A stretch of 64,000 nt of DNA. Source: Octopus bimaculoides. Its lineage: Eukaryota. Within the stretch, counting starts at the first letter, position 1, and each line of letters begins with the position of its first letter. Both the position numbers and the translations under genes were made by a program. The DNA lies in NCBI RefSeq assembly GCF_001194135.2, contig NC_068982.1, forward strand, positions 33,849,459 through 33,913,458. The letters are read 5' to 3'. Below are positions 13,615 through 27,344 of this stretch, piece after piece. The notes beneath the pieces were generated by a model, which was given only the letters and a program-made list of their open reading frames with translations, was not told the origin of the DNA and made no database searches.

Positions 13615-13975
13615 ATGGCACCTGTGCCCAGCATCGCCTTCCTGGCACTTGTGCAGGTGGTACGTGTAGAGACATTCGAGCGAGATCGTTGCCAGTGCTG
13701 CTGGACTGGCTCATGTGCAGGTGGCACGTAAAATACACCATTTTGAGCATGGCCGTTGCCAGTACCGCCTGACTGGCCTTTGTGCCGGTGGCATGTAAAA
13801 GCACCCACTACATTCTCGGAGTGGTTGGCGTTAGGAAGGGCATCCAGCTGTAGAAACTCTGCCAAATCAGATTGGAGCCTGGTGTAGCCATCTGGTTCAC
13901 CAGTCCTCAGTCAAATCGTCCAACCCATGCTAGCATGGAAAGCGGACGTTAAATGATAATGATGATGATGATGAA
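13615..13975 (+). mobile_element. SINE-like family C with (GAT)n tail, representative copy
   Basis: GGCGTTAGGAAGGGCATCCAGC...CCATGCTAGCATGGAAAGCGGACGTTAAA(TGA)n. Other copies at about 7200-7490, 9420-9640, 16630-16880, 21815-21955, 33900-34200, 37500-37720, 58400-58550, 61427-61757, 62880-63120 and 63305-63620. Confidence 0.82.
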
Positions 13976-15972
13976 TCTGAAGAGGTGATAAAATAATCAT
14001 ACTCCTTTAGAGTCTTTCTAGATTGGATGTTATAAACGAGAGGAATGGGATCAGTATGATTAATACTGATTTCAAATTTCGGCAAAAAGCCAGCAATTTT
14101 GGAGGAGGGGCCAAGCCAATTACCCTCCCCCCCCGTGCTCAACTTGGTGCTTATTTTATTGACCATGAAAGGATGAAAGACAAAGATGACCTCAGTGATA
14201 TTTGAACTCAGAATGTTAAGACAGCCCAGCATGCTAATGATTCTATTCACTTGTCACTTCAGTATGATTAATATTAAATTTTATCTGATACAGGTTAATG
14301 ATTGAGAGAATAAACAGCAAGAGAGCTCTGGATGAATTAAAACTTAGTAAATGATGGATGGGTGGATACTGATTGAATAAATTGCTTGATACAAAATCTT
14401 AGCAGTGTTGGAAAGAGGAGAACCAGAAACATTAGGTGGGCCTGGGTAGGTGTGAGATCAAAGAAATTGAAGTAAATAGCAGTCAACAAAATTGCATAGA
14501 CAAGATAGACAAGACATAGTTGTCCAAATGGTAATAGACAGCAAAGACGGGTGGTGGGGTCTTGTTAAATTTCTTCTAACCACTCGAAGTCTTTCAAATT
14601 TTCATCAATTTTCAAAAAATGTAGCCCTGACGTAGTTTTGCATGCAAATGAAGAAAACTGCATTCAGTCCCTACCCCCAACTCCCATAATAAAGAAGCTA
14701 CAAACAGTTAAAGGCATGTAATTTTAGCCAGTGATTTGCCTATCAACTAACCTTTGTTATTTTGTACAATCTTTAACGTACATGTATGTATGTACGCGCG
14801 CGCGCGCACGCGTTTGCTTTCTTTATCTGATTAGAGTTAGTTTATTTTGATTGATCAGCTCCTTGATGGTAAGATAAAATGATTTTTGTTTTTGAAAAGG
14901 TGGTGGGTGTAATTCTTTTTGCCATCGTTTGTGCAACCATTCACCTTGAACATTTTAACTAAAAATAAATGATTTTTAATAGCGGTTTAAAATTAGTCAA
15001 GGATCAGAAGTATATCACTGAATAATTGGCTTCAGATTTCGGCACAAGGCCCCTCGTGGGAGGGGGAAGTCGAATACATTGACCCCAGTGTTCAGTTCAA
15101 TTGGTGCTTATTTTATCGACTCCAAAAGGCTGAACAACAAAGTTGACCTCAGTGGAATTTGAACTCAGAACATAAAAATGGATGAAATGCTGCTAAGCAT
15201 TTTGCCTGGCATGCTAATGATTCTGCCAGCTCGGCTATATCACTAAATATTAAACAATCACATATAAGTTTGTGTATGTATGAACATACTCTTGTGTGCA
15301 TACATGTATGATGGTGTATTTCTCTCTGTCCGTGTGCTACTCTCTCTCTCTCTTTCTTTCTCTCTCTTTCTTTCTCTCTATCTCTTTCCCTCTTTCTCTC
15401 TTCCCCCCCCCTCTCTCTCATAATACATTAACACACATGCAACCTCTTTTTTCTATTATGTCATCACCATCATTGCTCTCACATTTAAGTACATTTTATG
15501 ATTTGACTAATGGCCCAACTGGTTTAGTTTAACCCAAATGAGTGAACCCAAACAATCTTTTACCCACTCACTCTCATTTGTCCAGTCAACTGTTCCAATC
15601 GATTGAATTGATTGATGGACATTCAAGCACTGACGTATGTTTTCACAGCTTACGTTGCTTAGTTACAAGCAGAAAGGAGCAGAGACAAAATGATATTTTA
15701 CACTAACTTGTCGCTTTATAGTACGCTGCTATTGTTTTATGATTGCAAAACTGTTATAAGTGAAATATTAGATAAACTGTTACGTAAATTACGTTGGCAA
15801 GAGGTTAAGACAATGTCTGAACAATGATGTAAATTTATATTTCAGATTTATATTTATGAGCCAATATACACACGCATACACACTTACACACACACGCCCA
15901 CACAGACTTATACACATGCACACATTCACAAACACGCATGTGTGCGTGTGTGTAAGTCTGTGTGTGTTTGTA

Positions 15973-16503
15973 CAGTGGAACCTCTGTTTATGAACATCTC
16001 TCATCACAGACAAATCTGTTTACGAACAATTTTTCAAGCTGGCTGACACGTTAGCACGCCGGGCGAAATGCTTACCGGTATTTCGTCTGCCTTTACGTTC
16101 TTAGTTCACATTCCGCCGAGGTCGACTTCGCTTTTCATCCTTTCGTGGTCGATTAAATAAGTACCAGTTACGTACTGGGTCGATGTAATCGACTTAATCC
16201 CTTTGTCTGCCCTTGTTTGTCCCCTCTATGCTTAGCCCCCTGTGAGCAATAAAGAAATAAATTTTTCGAACATAAAATGTCTTGGGTGATGAACGTTGTC
16301 CCAAGTAACGAACGTACAAACCTGCAACAATGGTTGATAGCAAACTAGGAGTATGAGCGTGAAAGCGTCAATTGCTTACTGCACACCCCTGCTCGAATTC
16401 TCTGTGGTCCCTCTTGAATTTTCGATGGGAAAAATAGCTTCAGTTTTCGAACATATCAGTTGACAGCGTTCAGGAGTGAATTCAGTTTGTGAACCAATGG
16501 TCC

Positions 16504-16507
<4 letters not shown>
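15973..16507. mobile_element. Tigger/pogo-like non-autonomous DNA element with a nested SINE
   Basis: TA-CAGTGGAACCTC ... GGTCCACTG termini; the SINE at about 16037-16260 is flanked by a duplicated AATTTTTC. Confidence 0.6.
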
Positions 16508-16541
<34 letters not shown>

Positions 16542-17480
16542 CGCACGCGCTTGTATGTACTTTTATTAAAACTGAAAAAATGTTCACTAAGTGTTACTCA
16601 GTTTCACATTACCACTCCCTCTGGTGGCGTAAAGCACAAGTGACGGTATCACATAGAAGTGCCTGTACGGTGCCAAGTAAAAGTGCCTGGATGACGCCAT
16701 GTAAAAACACTAGCACACTCTGTAAAGTGGTTGATATTAGGAAGGGCATCCAGCCATAGAAACCATACCAAATCAGACTGGGGTCTGGTGCAGCTCCCCA
16801 GCTTGCTGTTGTGCATGCTGGTCAAAGCGTCCAACCCATGCCAGCATGGACAACAGACGTTAAATGATGATGATGATGATACACACACACACACACACAC
16901 ACATTCACAAGTACATATCAAACATTGAGGCGTGGTTGTCAAAATTTCTGTTTATAACCAACCGATTAGTATTAATATTAATAGATTTTTATTTTCTGTT
17001 GCACATAACAGCGCACATATGTAATCCTTTTATATGTTCAGACTCAAAATTAGCTTAAAAGGTTGCATTAATTAGAGACAAGTCTACTTATATTGTGCAA
17101 CAATTTTGCAGTAGTATTAATTGTTGAAGTATCATTAATTACTGCAGTAGCATTAATTAATGATTGGATGGTAATACAAGTTTTTTGTATCATGCATTGA
17201 AAATTAGGCTTTTGTGTCAGTGGTGTTTGAGTAAAAAGATTATTTTTGACTCTTAATCATCATTTGTATGAATATAAATGGTATAACTTACTCTAAAAGT
17301 GTGCAAACATGATTTCTTAAGAATTCATTATTGGTTTGTCAACAGCTTCTCGTTATTGTAATAGCTTATGATGAATCATTGTCATCATTACCATCATCAC
17401 TACCACCACTACTATCATCATCTGCAGCATTACAGTAATTACAATTATGCTGAATATGGTCATTGTTTTCTTTCTTTCAA

Positions 17481-17845
17481 ATAATAATAATAACAATTCC
17501 AGCAGATGACAACGTTTCCCTAAAAGAAATGGAGAAACTTTCAAAATACAAAGACTTGGAAATAGAGGTAACTCGAATGTGGAATCTAAAAACAGAAACA
17601 ATTCCTATCATAGTAGGCACCTTAGGTATAATAAAAAGATATTCAGACAAATACATAACAAAAACACCAGGACTTACAAACATACATAACATACAGAAAA
17701 TTGCACTACTGGGTACTGCACACATCCTACGCAAAACACTTTCAATACAGCAACCATAAGAGCATTGCAGCAAACCACAGCACATACCTAAGGCACAAAG
17801 AGCTGCGCTCAGTAGTGAAGTGAAAGCACGTTATAAAAATGAAAC
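17481..17845 (+). mobile_element. 5'-truncated R4/Dong-clade (RLE endonuclease) non-LTR retrotransposon 3' end
   Basis: IPADDNVSLKEMEKLSKYKDLEIEVTRMWNLKTETIPIIVGTLG...IQKIALLGTAHILRKTL, the typical RLE C-terminus; the fragment starts and ends in (TAA)n-like tracts. Confidence 0.8.
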
Positions 17846-19144
17846 TACTGAATGATAATAATAAATACCCTGATGCAGTACCAGGCAGTGGCTCTCATGG
17901 CTTTTGATCTTAACTGATTAGAAGTGTTATCATGTACATTGTTTTGTCTTGGTATAAAAAGATGGACTACAGCAAATATTCTGCTCAATACCACAGATTT
18001 GTCTGTCATTTGTTTGACCTTAACCGGTTGAGCATGTCCCTCAGTGGCTGACAATATGTGCATCTCTAATCCCCATCATCCTCACCACCACAGCCAATTC
18101 CACCCACACCACTGTCACCACTTTCACCATCATTATAATTGTAAAGAATTTGTTTTTCCTCCCATACTAATATGAGTTAATTCTTATTTGATTATTTTAT
18201 GTTGCAGCCATTGACCAATACCATCATTGGCTACAAGTATCCAACAAACCAATCACTGGTTCATGACATTTCTGGCAGCAAGTTCAATGAGGGATTCCAT
18301 TTGTGTAACTTTGTGTGAAATAAATGCCATTTTGGTGTTTTCTCACTTCTGATTATGTCTTTCATTGATATGCATCAGGAAAATGACACACAGACACACA
18401 TGGTGGGAGTCAACTCATACTTGAGTGGTAAATTTCTTGGATTTTACCACAAAAGTCAATATGGATGTTCTTATTCACCATGATCGACAGTATTGCAAAT
18501 ACAGTAACTTAACTATCCACTTAACCACCTGAGCTGTTTCCAGAAGAAAATACTGAGCCCAAGTACACATACCATCTCTCCACCCATGGATATGCCACAA
18601 AAGAAAGGCAAGTTGATATGTTCACAGTATCCATGGAGCTGTAAGGGATGCTAGATAAAAAAAAAACTGGTACTCCATTGGCTACAACAACAAGGATTCC
18701 AGTTGATCTAATCAACAGAACAGCCTGCTTGGGAAATTAATGTGCAAGTGGCTGAACACTCCACAGATATGCATACCCTTAACATAGTTCTCAGGGAGAT
18801 TCAGCATGGCATAGAATGTCACAAAGCTGACCTTTTGAAATACAGATGCTACTCGTTTTTGTCAGCTGAATGGACTGGAGCAACATAAAATAAAGTCCCT
18901 TGCTCAAAGACGCAACACACTGCAGGATAAACTGGGATTTTCAGTAGAGATATCGACCGGCTGAATAGTAGATTATAAGTGCAATTTGTGAGTGGAATAG
19001 TAAAAATATGCAAGACTTATCTCAAGTTCCAAATATGAATTTGTCTCTGTTAACTACATCCCAAAGATGGAGCCTTGTATCTTTGTTGGAAACCAGCTCC
19101 CTTCTCAGTGGAAGATTTATAATAACTAAAAAATAGAAGAGACA

Positions 19145-19175
<31 letters not shown>

Positions 19176-19201
19176 CATACCTACATACCTACATACATAC
19201 A

Positions 19202-19232
<31 letters not shown>

Positions 19233-19789
19233 GTGCATACAGAATTACCCTGTTGATGTCTAAATTCTAGTGAAAGAGTTTTTCTTTTTAGGTTAGAACT
19301 AGTTCTGTCTGCCATATACCTACTGGATATGATTAATCAATACAGTAGTAACATCATTAATTAGTTAGAGATAAGAAATTCTTTTTTTAATTAGGTGCAA
19401 AGGACAATATGTGAGTATAGCAAACCAAATTAACCAGTAGTGACAAATATATCACTGGTATTAGTTTTATTGATCACAAAGAACTGAATGGCATTAATCA
19501 AATAAATCTAACTTATTGAACCAGACACCATAAAGCATTTCTGCTATCCTTTGAAATGTATCTATCAACTACAAATTCTCAATTAATAATAAATTAACTA
19601 AGTGTGAAATAGCATTAAATATACATCAGTCAACCATGAGATCTTAGGTTTCATACATAAGGTTGATATTATAAGGTTGATAGCCAACAAATATGAGTCT
19701 TTTCTCACATTAAATTTCATTCTTTTTAAAAGAATTTTTTCAATAAATTCCAATTTTTAAATGGAAACTGAAATGTTTTTCCATATAGG

Positions 19790-20380
19790 TGAAGGATGGT
19801 AAGAAATTAGCTTTCAAACAGAGCCTAAGTCTCTGTTCATATCTTTGAACAGAGCCTTAAGCCCATTTCAAATGGCTATGTGAAGCTGCTGGAAACTGTG
19901 ATCAACCCCTGGCTGGAGATGGTTGCTGCTGGAAGGCCATATACGTGACAGCAGGATTTGGATCCTTCTGATACCTCCAGGAAAAGTCAGAAGTGGTTGT
20001 TGGAGAATTTGCACAACTTTACCAGCCCCAATTTCAAGTCTCATAAGTTACCTTGATTGTAATCGCATGGATTATTATGTGTGGGTCACAGCTGAGAAAG
20101 ACATCAATCATTCTGCCTACAACACCAAGGCTGAGCTGGTGGCTGAGATGAAGGAGATGTTCAAAACTTTTCCCAGGGACACAGTGAGGAATGCATGCGC
20201 CAGGTTCCAGAGCCATCTTGATGCCATGGAGGAAGCTGAGGGTGGCTACTTTGAGTAAACTGTTATCTCCCAGTCATAATCTAGTTGATATTTAAAAATT
20301 TTTTTTAAATACTTTATTTTTGGATGGAATATTGTGTTTTCTTTTCCTTTTATGCAAATTTATCAAATTTATCCTGAACA
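19790..20380 (+). mobile_element. Tc1/mariner (DD37D maT-like) transposase 3' fragment, copy 1
   Basis: KLLETVINPWLEMVAAGRPY..QQD...DYYVW...RNACARFQSHLDAMEEAEGGYFE*; same family as the copy at 40050-40630. Confidence 0.8.
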
Positions 20381-20777
20381 CTCTTTATATATACATATAC
20401 ATGACAGGCTTCTTTCAGTTTCTATCAACAAATCATTCACAAGACTTTGGTCAGCCCAGGTCTATAGTAGAAGACATTTGGCCACAGTGTCATGCTGTGG
20501 GAATGAACCTGGAACCATGTGGTTGGAGAGCAAACTTCTTACCACACTTCCACACCTACATGAGAAAACATTTCAGTGTTCATTTAAAAACTGGAAATTA
20601 TCTTATAATAAATCTGCTTGTTCCTCCATTACTTAGTCCGTCTGTAACGTTTCCATGTGATTAGTTGAAGGGGGAGTGGAGAGAGGTGGTGATGGTGGTG
20701 GGTGAAATGTGTAATTTTGTTTTTGAACTAAGTTTTGTTCCTCCAATACATAGCTTCCAATATATAGTTATGTGTAC

Positions 20778-20825
<48 letters not shown>

Positions 20826-21178
20826 NNNNNNNNNNNNNNNNNNNNNNNNNNNNNNNNNNNNNNNNNNNNNNNNNNNNNNNNNNNNNNNNNNNNNNNNNNN
20901 NNNNNNNNNNNNNNNNNNNNNNNNNNNNNNNNNNNNNNNNNNNNNNNNNNNNNNNNNNNNNNNNNNNNNNNNNNNNNNNNNNNNNNNNNNNNNNNNNNNN
21001 NNNNNNNNNNNNNNNNNNNNNNNNNNNNNNNNNNNNNNNNNNNNNNNNNNNNNNNNNNNNNNNNNNNNNNNNNNNNNNNNNNNNNNNNNNNNNNNNNNNN
21101 NNNNNNNNNNNNNNNNNNNNNNNNNNNNNNNNNNNNNNNNNNNNNNNNNNNNNNNNNNNNNNNNNNNNNNNNNNNNNN

Positions 21179-21218
<40 letters not shown>

Positions 21219-22514
21219 TATACATGTGTGTGTATATGCAAGTATCTGTGTCTTTGTGCTTGTGTTTTCCCCTTTCACTATCTTTTGGCAACCAGTGTTA
21301 GTTTGTTTACATCACCATTATTTAGTGGTCTAGCAAAAAGAGATTCATAGAATAAGTACCAGTTTTGAAAAAAACAATGACTGCTGAAGTCAATTCATTT
21401 GACTGAGATCCTTCAAGGCAGCACTCCAGCATTCACATAGTCCAATGACTGAAACAAGTGAATGATAGAAAAACAGGGAAATGAATATTTCTGTTCTTAC
21501 TTGCATGTTACTAAAGGGGATATAAAAACAGAGATTTCAAATGTATTTGAACACCATGCCTCTATCAAGACCACAATGGTTAAGTGTGATTCAAGACATG
21601 GCACAACACAACCAATATTTCACCAAAATTGGATATTTATTGAAAAGCAAAAGTTTTTATTCTTTTAATGCAGAATTTAATATACTCTTTAAAATATTTC
21701 CACTATAGAATAAGAGATATTGATCATATTAGCAGTCTTAGCAGGCTTCAATTAACTGATTGATTTTGCCAATATTTTATAATGCTGGGAAAGAACAATA
21801 TATATATATATCATCATCATCATCATCGTTTAACGTCCGCTTTCCATGCTAGCATGGGTTGGACGATTTGACTGAGGACTGGTGAACCAGGTGGCTACAC
21901 CAGGCTCCAATCTGATTTGGCAGAGTTTCTACAGCTGGATGCCCTTACTAACGCCATATATATATATATATATATATATATANNNNNNNNNNNNNNNNNN
22001 NNNNNNNNNNNNNNNNNNNNNNNNNNNNNNNNNNNNNNNNNNNNNNNNNNNNNNNNNNNNNNNNNNNNNNNNNNNNNNNNNNNNNNNNNNNNNNNNNNNN
22101 NNNNNNNNNNNNNNNNNNNNNNNNNNNNNNNNNNNNNNNNNNNNNNNNNNNNNNNNNNNNNNNNNNNNNNNNNNNNNNNNNNNNNNNNNNNNNNNNNNNN
22201 NNNNNNNNNNNNNNNNNNNNNNNNNNNNNNNNNNNNNNNNNNNNNNNNNNNNNNNNNNNNNNNNNNNNNNNNNNNNNNNNNNNNNNNNNNNNNNNNNNNN
22301 NNNNNNNNNNNNNNNNNNNNNNNNNNNNNNNNNNNNNNNNNNNNNNNNNNNNNNNNNNNNNNNNNNNNNNNNNNNNNNNNNNNNNNNNNNNNNNNNNNNN
22401 NNNNNNNNNNNNNNNNNNNNNNNNNNNNNNNNNTATATATATATATATATTTAATATGAGCACACACACATTATCTCTCTCAAACACATACACACACACT
22501 TGCATATACATATA

Positions 22515-23180
22515 CAGGGTGCGGATGGTATTTGAGAACAGATTTATGGTTTAAAAAAAAAACGCTTATATAATAACAGGAAAAAAACTGTATTTTTATA
22601 AAAAGAACATAAACATAAAGCTAAATTATCAATTTAATAATTTCACTCAATAAAACCACCATAAGCATCAATAACTACTTCTACGCGGGGTCGAAATCGT
22701 TTACAAACTCAGATTAAGAGGTCCTTGTTCATATCGGACATGACTCAAACCATGATGGTTTTCAAAGAATCTTTGGTGCTATGGGGGTGTTCATTGACTC
22801 TTTTCTCATCGATGCTCCATACATAATAGTTTAGTGGATTCAGATCTGGGGAATTAGGAGACCAAATGTTGGGGATGATGTGATCATGCAAATTGTCAGC
22901 CACCATTCTTGTGTCATTTGAGCTTTGTGTGATGGTGCAGAATCTTGTTAAAAGACATAAGGTCTTCCATTGCAAATGGGTTAAAGATTCACTACAACTG
23001 TTTCGGACGCATTTCTTATTGATGACTAGTTCGAGTGCATCATGAAAAGAAAAAAAAAACATTTGCATCAGGTGATTAAATATTTGGTTTGGAAATCTAA
23101 TCAAACTATTTATCAATAAAAAATGCATCTGAATCACCTGTAGTGAACCTTTAACCCATTCCATTCACGTTCGATCTGGG
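22515..23180 (-). mobile_element. Tc1/mariner (maT-like) transposase 3' fragment with terminal repeat
   Basis: WSPNSPDLNPLNYYVWS...CKRFRPRVEVVIDAYGGFIE*; terminus TA-CAGGGTG at 22513-22521. Confidence 0.8.
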
Positions 23181-23889
23181 GCTTGCATTGGATTATGAAC
23201 CTGTGTGTCTGTGTGCATGGGCATATATTTGCATGTATATGTGTAGTTATGCGTGTATGTACATTAATGTATGGATATATTCATGTATGCACTTGTATGT
23301 GTGGATGTATGTGCATGTGGTATATACATATATGTGCTGAACTCATCCCTTTCCTGGCGTTCTAAATGTTAAAATATCTTGATTCAAATGAATCCTGCAA
23401 TTAATTAATAATAATAATATGTATGTATGTATGTATGTATGTATGTGTGTATGTATATATGACAAGCTTCTTTCAGTTTCCGTCTACCATATCCATTCAC
23501 AAGGCTTTGGTCAGCCAAGGGCCATAGTAAAAGACACTTGCCCAAGATGCCATGCAATGGAACTGAACCTGGAATCTTGGGGTTGGGAAACAAACTTCTT
23601 ACCACACAACTACGCCTGCCCCTATATATTAAATTACTCCATTGCATTGTATCTATTTTTATATCACTTAGTCAAGAGGAAGGGTCGAACCCATGATACT
23701 TTTCAGAACTTCTGAGACTGGTAGGAGAGAAGAAGAATGTTTTCCTCAAACTAGCAATTTGCTTCAAATGTTTACCAAAGAGTAGACTCCACTAAAGGTA
23801 TCCAAGAACCAGGTAATGGGCATTGAACTTGGTAACAGATTGAGTCTACCACCCAAGAAGTTCGCAGCAGAATTTGAACTCAGATTACA

Positions 23890-23929
<40 letters not shown>

Positions 23930-24027
23930 TAGTAGTGGTGGCGGTGGTGGTGGTGGCGGCGGCGGCGGCGGTGGCGGCAGCAGCAACAGCAGCAGCAGCA
24001 GCAGTAGCAGTAGCAATAGTAGTAGTA
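23890..24027. repeat. Compound trinucleotide repeat (AGT)n(GGT)n(GGC)n(AGC)n(AGT)n
   Basis: Directly visible. Confidence 0.95.
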
Positions 24028-25722
24028 TGGAGGCATGCACCGTAACAGCACGTTGCTGCATCCCCCATTCAGTGGTTTCTTACTCCTAGTGGTCGACATC
24101 TTTGTTTCAGTTAGACGACAACCCTCCAACCCATGGTTCTGTTTTTGATTGTAACAATTGGTGAGGGTTTTATGAGGTCAGAGTGCAAATCCTTTATGAC
24201 ACACAGAAGAAATGTTGGGTCTTTTCTTTTGACATGCCAGTCCCACACAACACTAGAACAATGTGAAATGAAGTGTTTTGCTCAAAAACATAACACACCA
24301 CCTGGTCTGGGAATCAAACTCAGGATCTGCTGATTGTGAATGCAACACCCTAACCACTTGGCTATGGGCAAAGAGACAGAACAAATACTGAAAAGCATCC
24401 TGTTTAATACCTTAGTGATTCTGCCTGTCCACATCTTGGACTGATACTTTATTTATCAACCCCAGAAGGTGAAGTTGACCTCAGTGGGAATTGAACTCAG
24501 AATGTAAGAAGTCAGAATAGATATTGTACAGTATTTTGTCCAACACAAAATTTCTGCCAATTTGCTATTTATAAAAGACATCCCATTATTTTAAACCCAA
24601 CATTTATCTTTTGGTTTTTATCCTTTCTTCACGTGAAAAACAGACTTCAAGAAGTTGTTGGTGGTCTGCATTGGCAAGAATTATATGATGAAGCTCATAA
24701 GTTTGGATAAATTTGTATACAATAGGAAGAAGTGGAATCAGGAGTTTCATGACACTCTTCATCTGAAAAATATATATTTTTCAACTCTCAGATAACAAAT
24801 CACTTTGGCATCTTCAGATTCTTCTTCTTCCCTGACACACAAACTCAGCCAAAATCATGAACTTCATTCTTTTTTAAACCCTGCTGTGGTTCTTATCAAC
24901 TGTTGTTTGTATTTTTTTTTCCTTTTGTCATATTATTTATGTTTCTCTAAATCCATTTTCTTTCCTATTTTCTCTTATGCTTTTCTGACCCTTTCGTATT
25001 TTTCTCAAGATAGCTATGGTTCCAGCATATATAATGATGTCTTACCACTGAAATAAAAGTTCACAGATTAAAAAAAAAAAGCTTCTGTCCAATGAGTCAA
25101 CTAGAAATATATGGATAATAAACATCAGCCAAAATGTGCTTTTTACAGCAGATAGCATAGTTTCTGCACTCAAAAACGTCGATATCACTTTTATAATTAG
25201 GAATTAGGGAAAGAGTTGTTCCATTGCTTAGGAGCTGATAAGAGCTATTCAGTCTACTATTGATGCAAAAGGATTGTTAGCCACAGAAAGTAGCCCACAG
25301 ATATTCTACATTACATAAAATAATGAATATCCAACCGATTTTCAAACTTTGAGCCTATAAGCACACAACATACACAGTCTGTCATGACAAAGAATGCGTC
25401 CCCTCTTCCTTAAGTTCATTATCTACCTGAGGTCCATTCATAGACAACATTGTTATACAAGACTGATCGGGCTATCAGGATGTCTTTTACATGTTTCAGT
25501 CATTGAACTGTAGCCATTCTGGGGCACTGCCTTGAAGGGTTTTAGTGGATCCATCAACCCCAGAACGGAATTCTTAAATCTGATGCTTATTCTATTAGTC
25601 TCTTTTACTGAACTTCTAAGTTACACAGATGTACACAAACCAACATCAGTTGTCAAATGTTGGTGGGGTACAAACACAAAGACATAAACACACACACACA
25701 CACATGCACACACACATGCACA

Positions 25723-25769
<47 letters not shown>

Positions 25770-26029
25770 GGTAGGTTTGCACACAGTTTGCACACATCTA
25801 CTAAATTCACTCACAAGGCATTGGTCAGCTCAGGGCTATAATAGGAGACACTTTCCCAAGGTGCCATGCAGTGGGACTGAACCCAAACTTTGTGATCGCA
25901 AACTGAGCTTCATAAGCACACAGTCACGCTCACACCAATGTATTTATAAAAAGCTAACTTAGCTTTTGAAAGACTATTTCTTTACCTCTGAAATATTCTT
26001 AACGTGATTATAAAAACTAGACTAACACC

Positions 26030-26260
26030 ATACGAATAAAAGCTCTCCAAAAATTTTCATGAATTTTGTTTGTATATAATCTGTGGCATTTTATGGACCA
26101 AATATATTAAGAACAGCAGCATTCTTGTTCTGAACAAACTGAATGGAATCGAAGGCTTCTTCATCAACACACATTCCAGACAGGTTGGCTATGTAGTAGG
26201 TACCAAAGAACTGGGAATACCTCACAAGTTCCTGTATAAGGAAATTCAATGATTTCCAGA
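26030..26260 (+). mobile_element. RTE (BovB-like) LINE C-terminal fragment
   Basis: FHEFCLYIICGILWTKYIKNSSIL...IEGFFINTHSRQVGYVVG...IPHKFLYKEIQ (cf. FHQRCLR.IL.I.W...V.N..VL...IE......LRW.GHV.RM...RIPK..LY.EL). Confidence 0.6.
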
Positions 26261-26269
26261 CATAATAAA

Positions 26270-26477
26270 ATGCTAGAGGAAGAGAGAGAGGAAGGGGTTG
26301 GAGAAGGAGAGATGGGTGGAGAGGGAGTGAGAGGGGAAAAGGAGAGAGGGGTGGGAGGGAGAGAAGAGATGGAGAGGGTGAGAGAAAGAGCATGCGTATG
26401 GAGGATAAAGGAGATGGAGGGATAGATAGATAGACAGATAGACAGACAAACAGACAAGCAGACAGATAGATAGATAT

Positions 26478-26509
<32 letters not shown>

Positions 26510-26545
26510 GTAGATAGCTAGATAAAGACAGACAGACAGACAGAC

Positions 26546-26600
<55 letters not shown>

Positions 26601-26800
26601 CAGACAGATAGATAGCAAGAATAAGAGTGAGAAGAATATAAGAAAGAGTAATTAATGAGGGGAGAGGTAGATAGGGACTTTATTTGAAAGATGAAAGAGA
26701 TAGACAGCAAGAACTGGAGTGAGATGCATGTAAACAATAGAGAGTATTTAATAAGGTCAGAGAGAGAGAGAGAGAGAAAAGAAGGGTAGCAGAGACAGAG
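26270..26800. repeat. Purine-rich (GA)n / (GATA)n / (GACA)n block
   Basis: Directly visible. Confidence 0.9.
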
Positions 26801-27344
26801 TATGAAGATTTAAAAAATGAAAGACAGAGTAACAATGAGAGAGAGAAAGTGTAGAGTAGTGATTCTGAAACAATACATCACAGTACACAGATGTACAAAA
26901 AGATGGATCTATGTGTGATGCAAATTTTTAAGAATATAATTGGAATCTTTAAGAATTCCATACTAATGCTTGAACATTTTGAAAAACTTGATCTCAAATT
27001 TAATATGTGACAGTGTTTGAACATTGGTAAATGGAGAGGCAGGAATGCCAGATAAAATATCTTGTGGTTTTTAGTTTCACCGTTCTATGCCCCCAGTCTA
27101 AATCTTGCTGGAGTTGATTTTGTTTTTCATCCTATCTCAAGAATCAAAATATAGTAGATCAATTAATGCTTCAGCTGAAAATCCTTCAAAATCTTAAGAT
27201 CAAGATGTCTCCTCGCCAGAAAAGATGATGAAATCAAAAGTTTTGTGGCCAGCTGCAAATGAGAAAGTCAGTTACAAAACTTTTGAAGAGACATGACATG
27301 TTGAAAAAGCTGACAAGAGATAGGTGTTGACTCATTTGGATGTA

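Noticed and set aside
14859-14868. 10-nt microexon (AG...GTAAGA) linking candidate exons at about 14.0 and 15.6 kb
   Set aside because: The join introduces an in-frame TGA.
17463-17759. 98-aa ORF as a host gene
   Set aside because: It is the RLE C-terminus of a 5'-truncated LINE.
26091-26231. - strand exon ELVRYSQFFGTYYIANLSGMCVDEEAF... with a good acceptor
   Set aside because: The opposite strand matches an RTE LINE C-terminus, which explains the open frame more simply.
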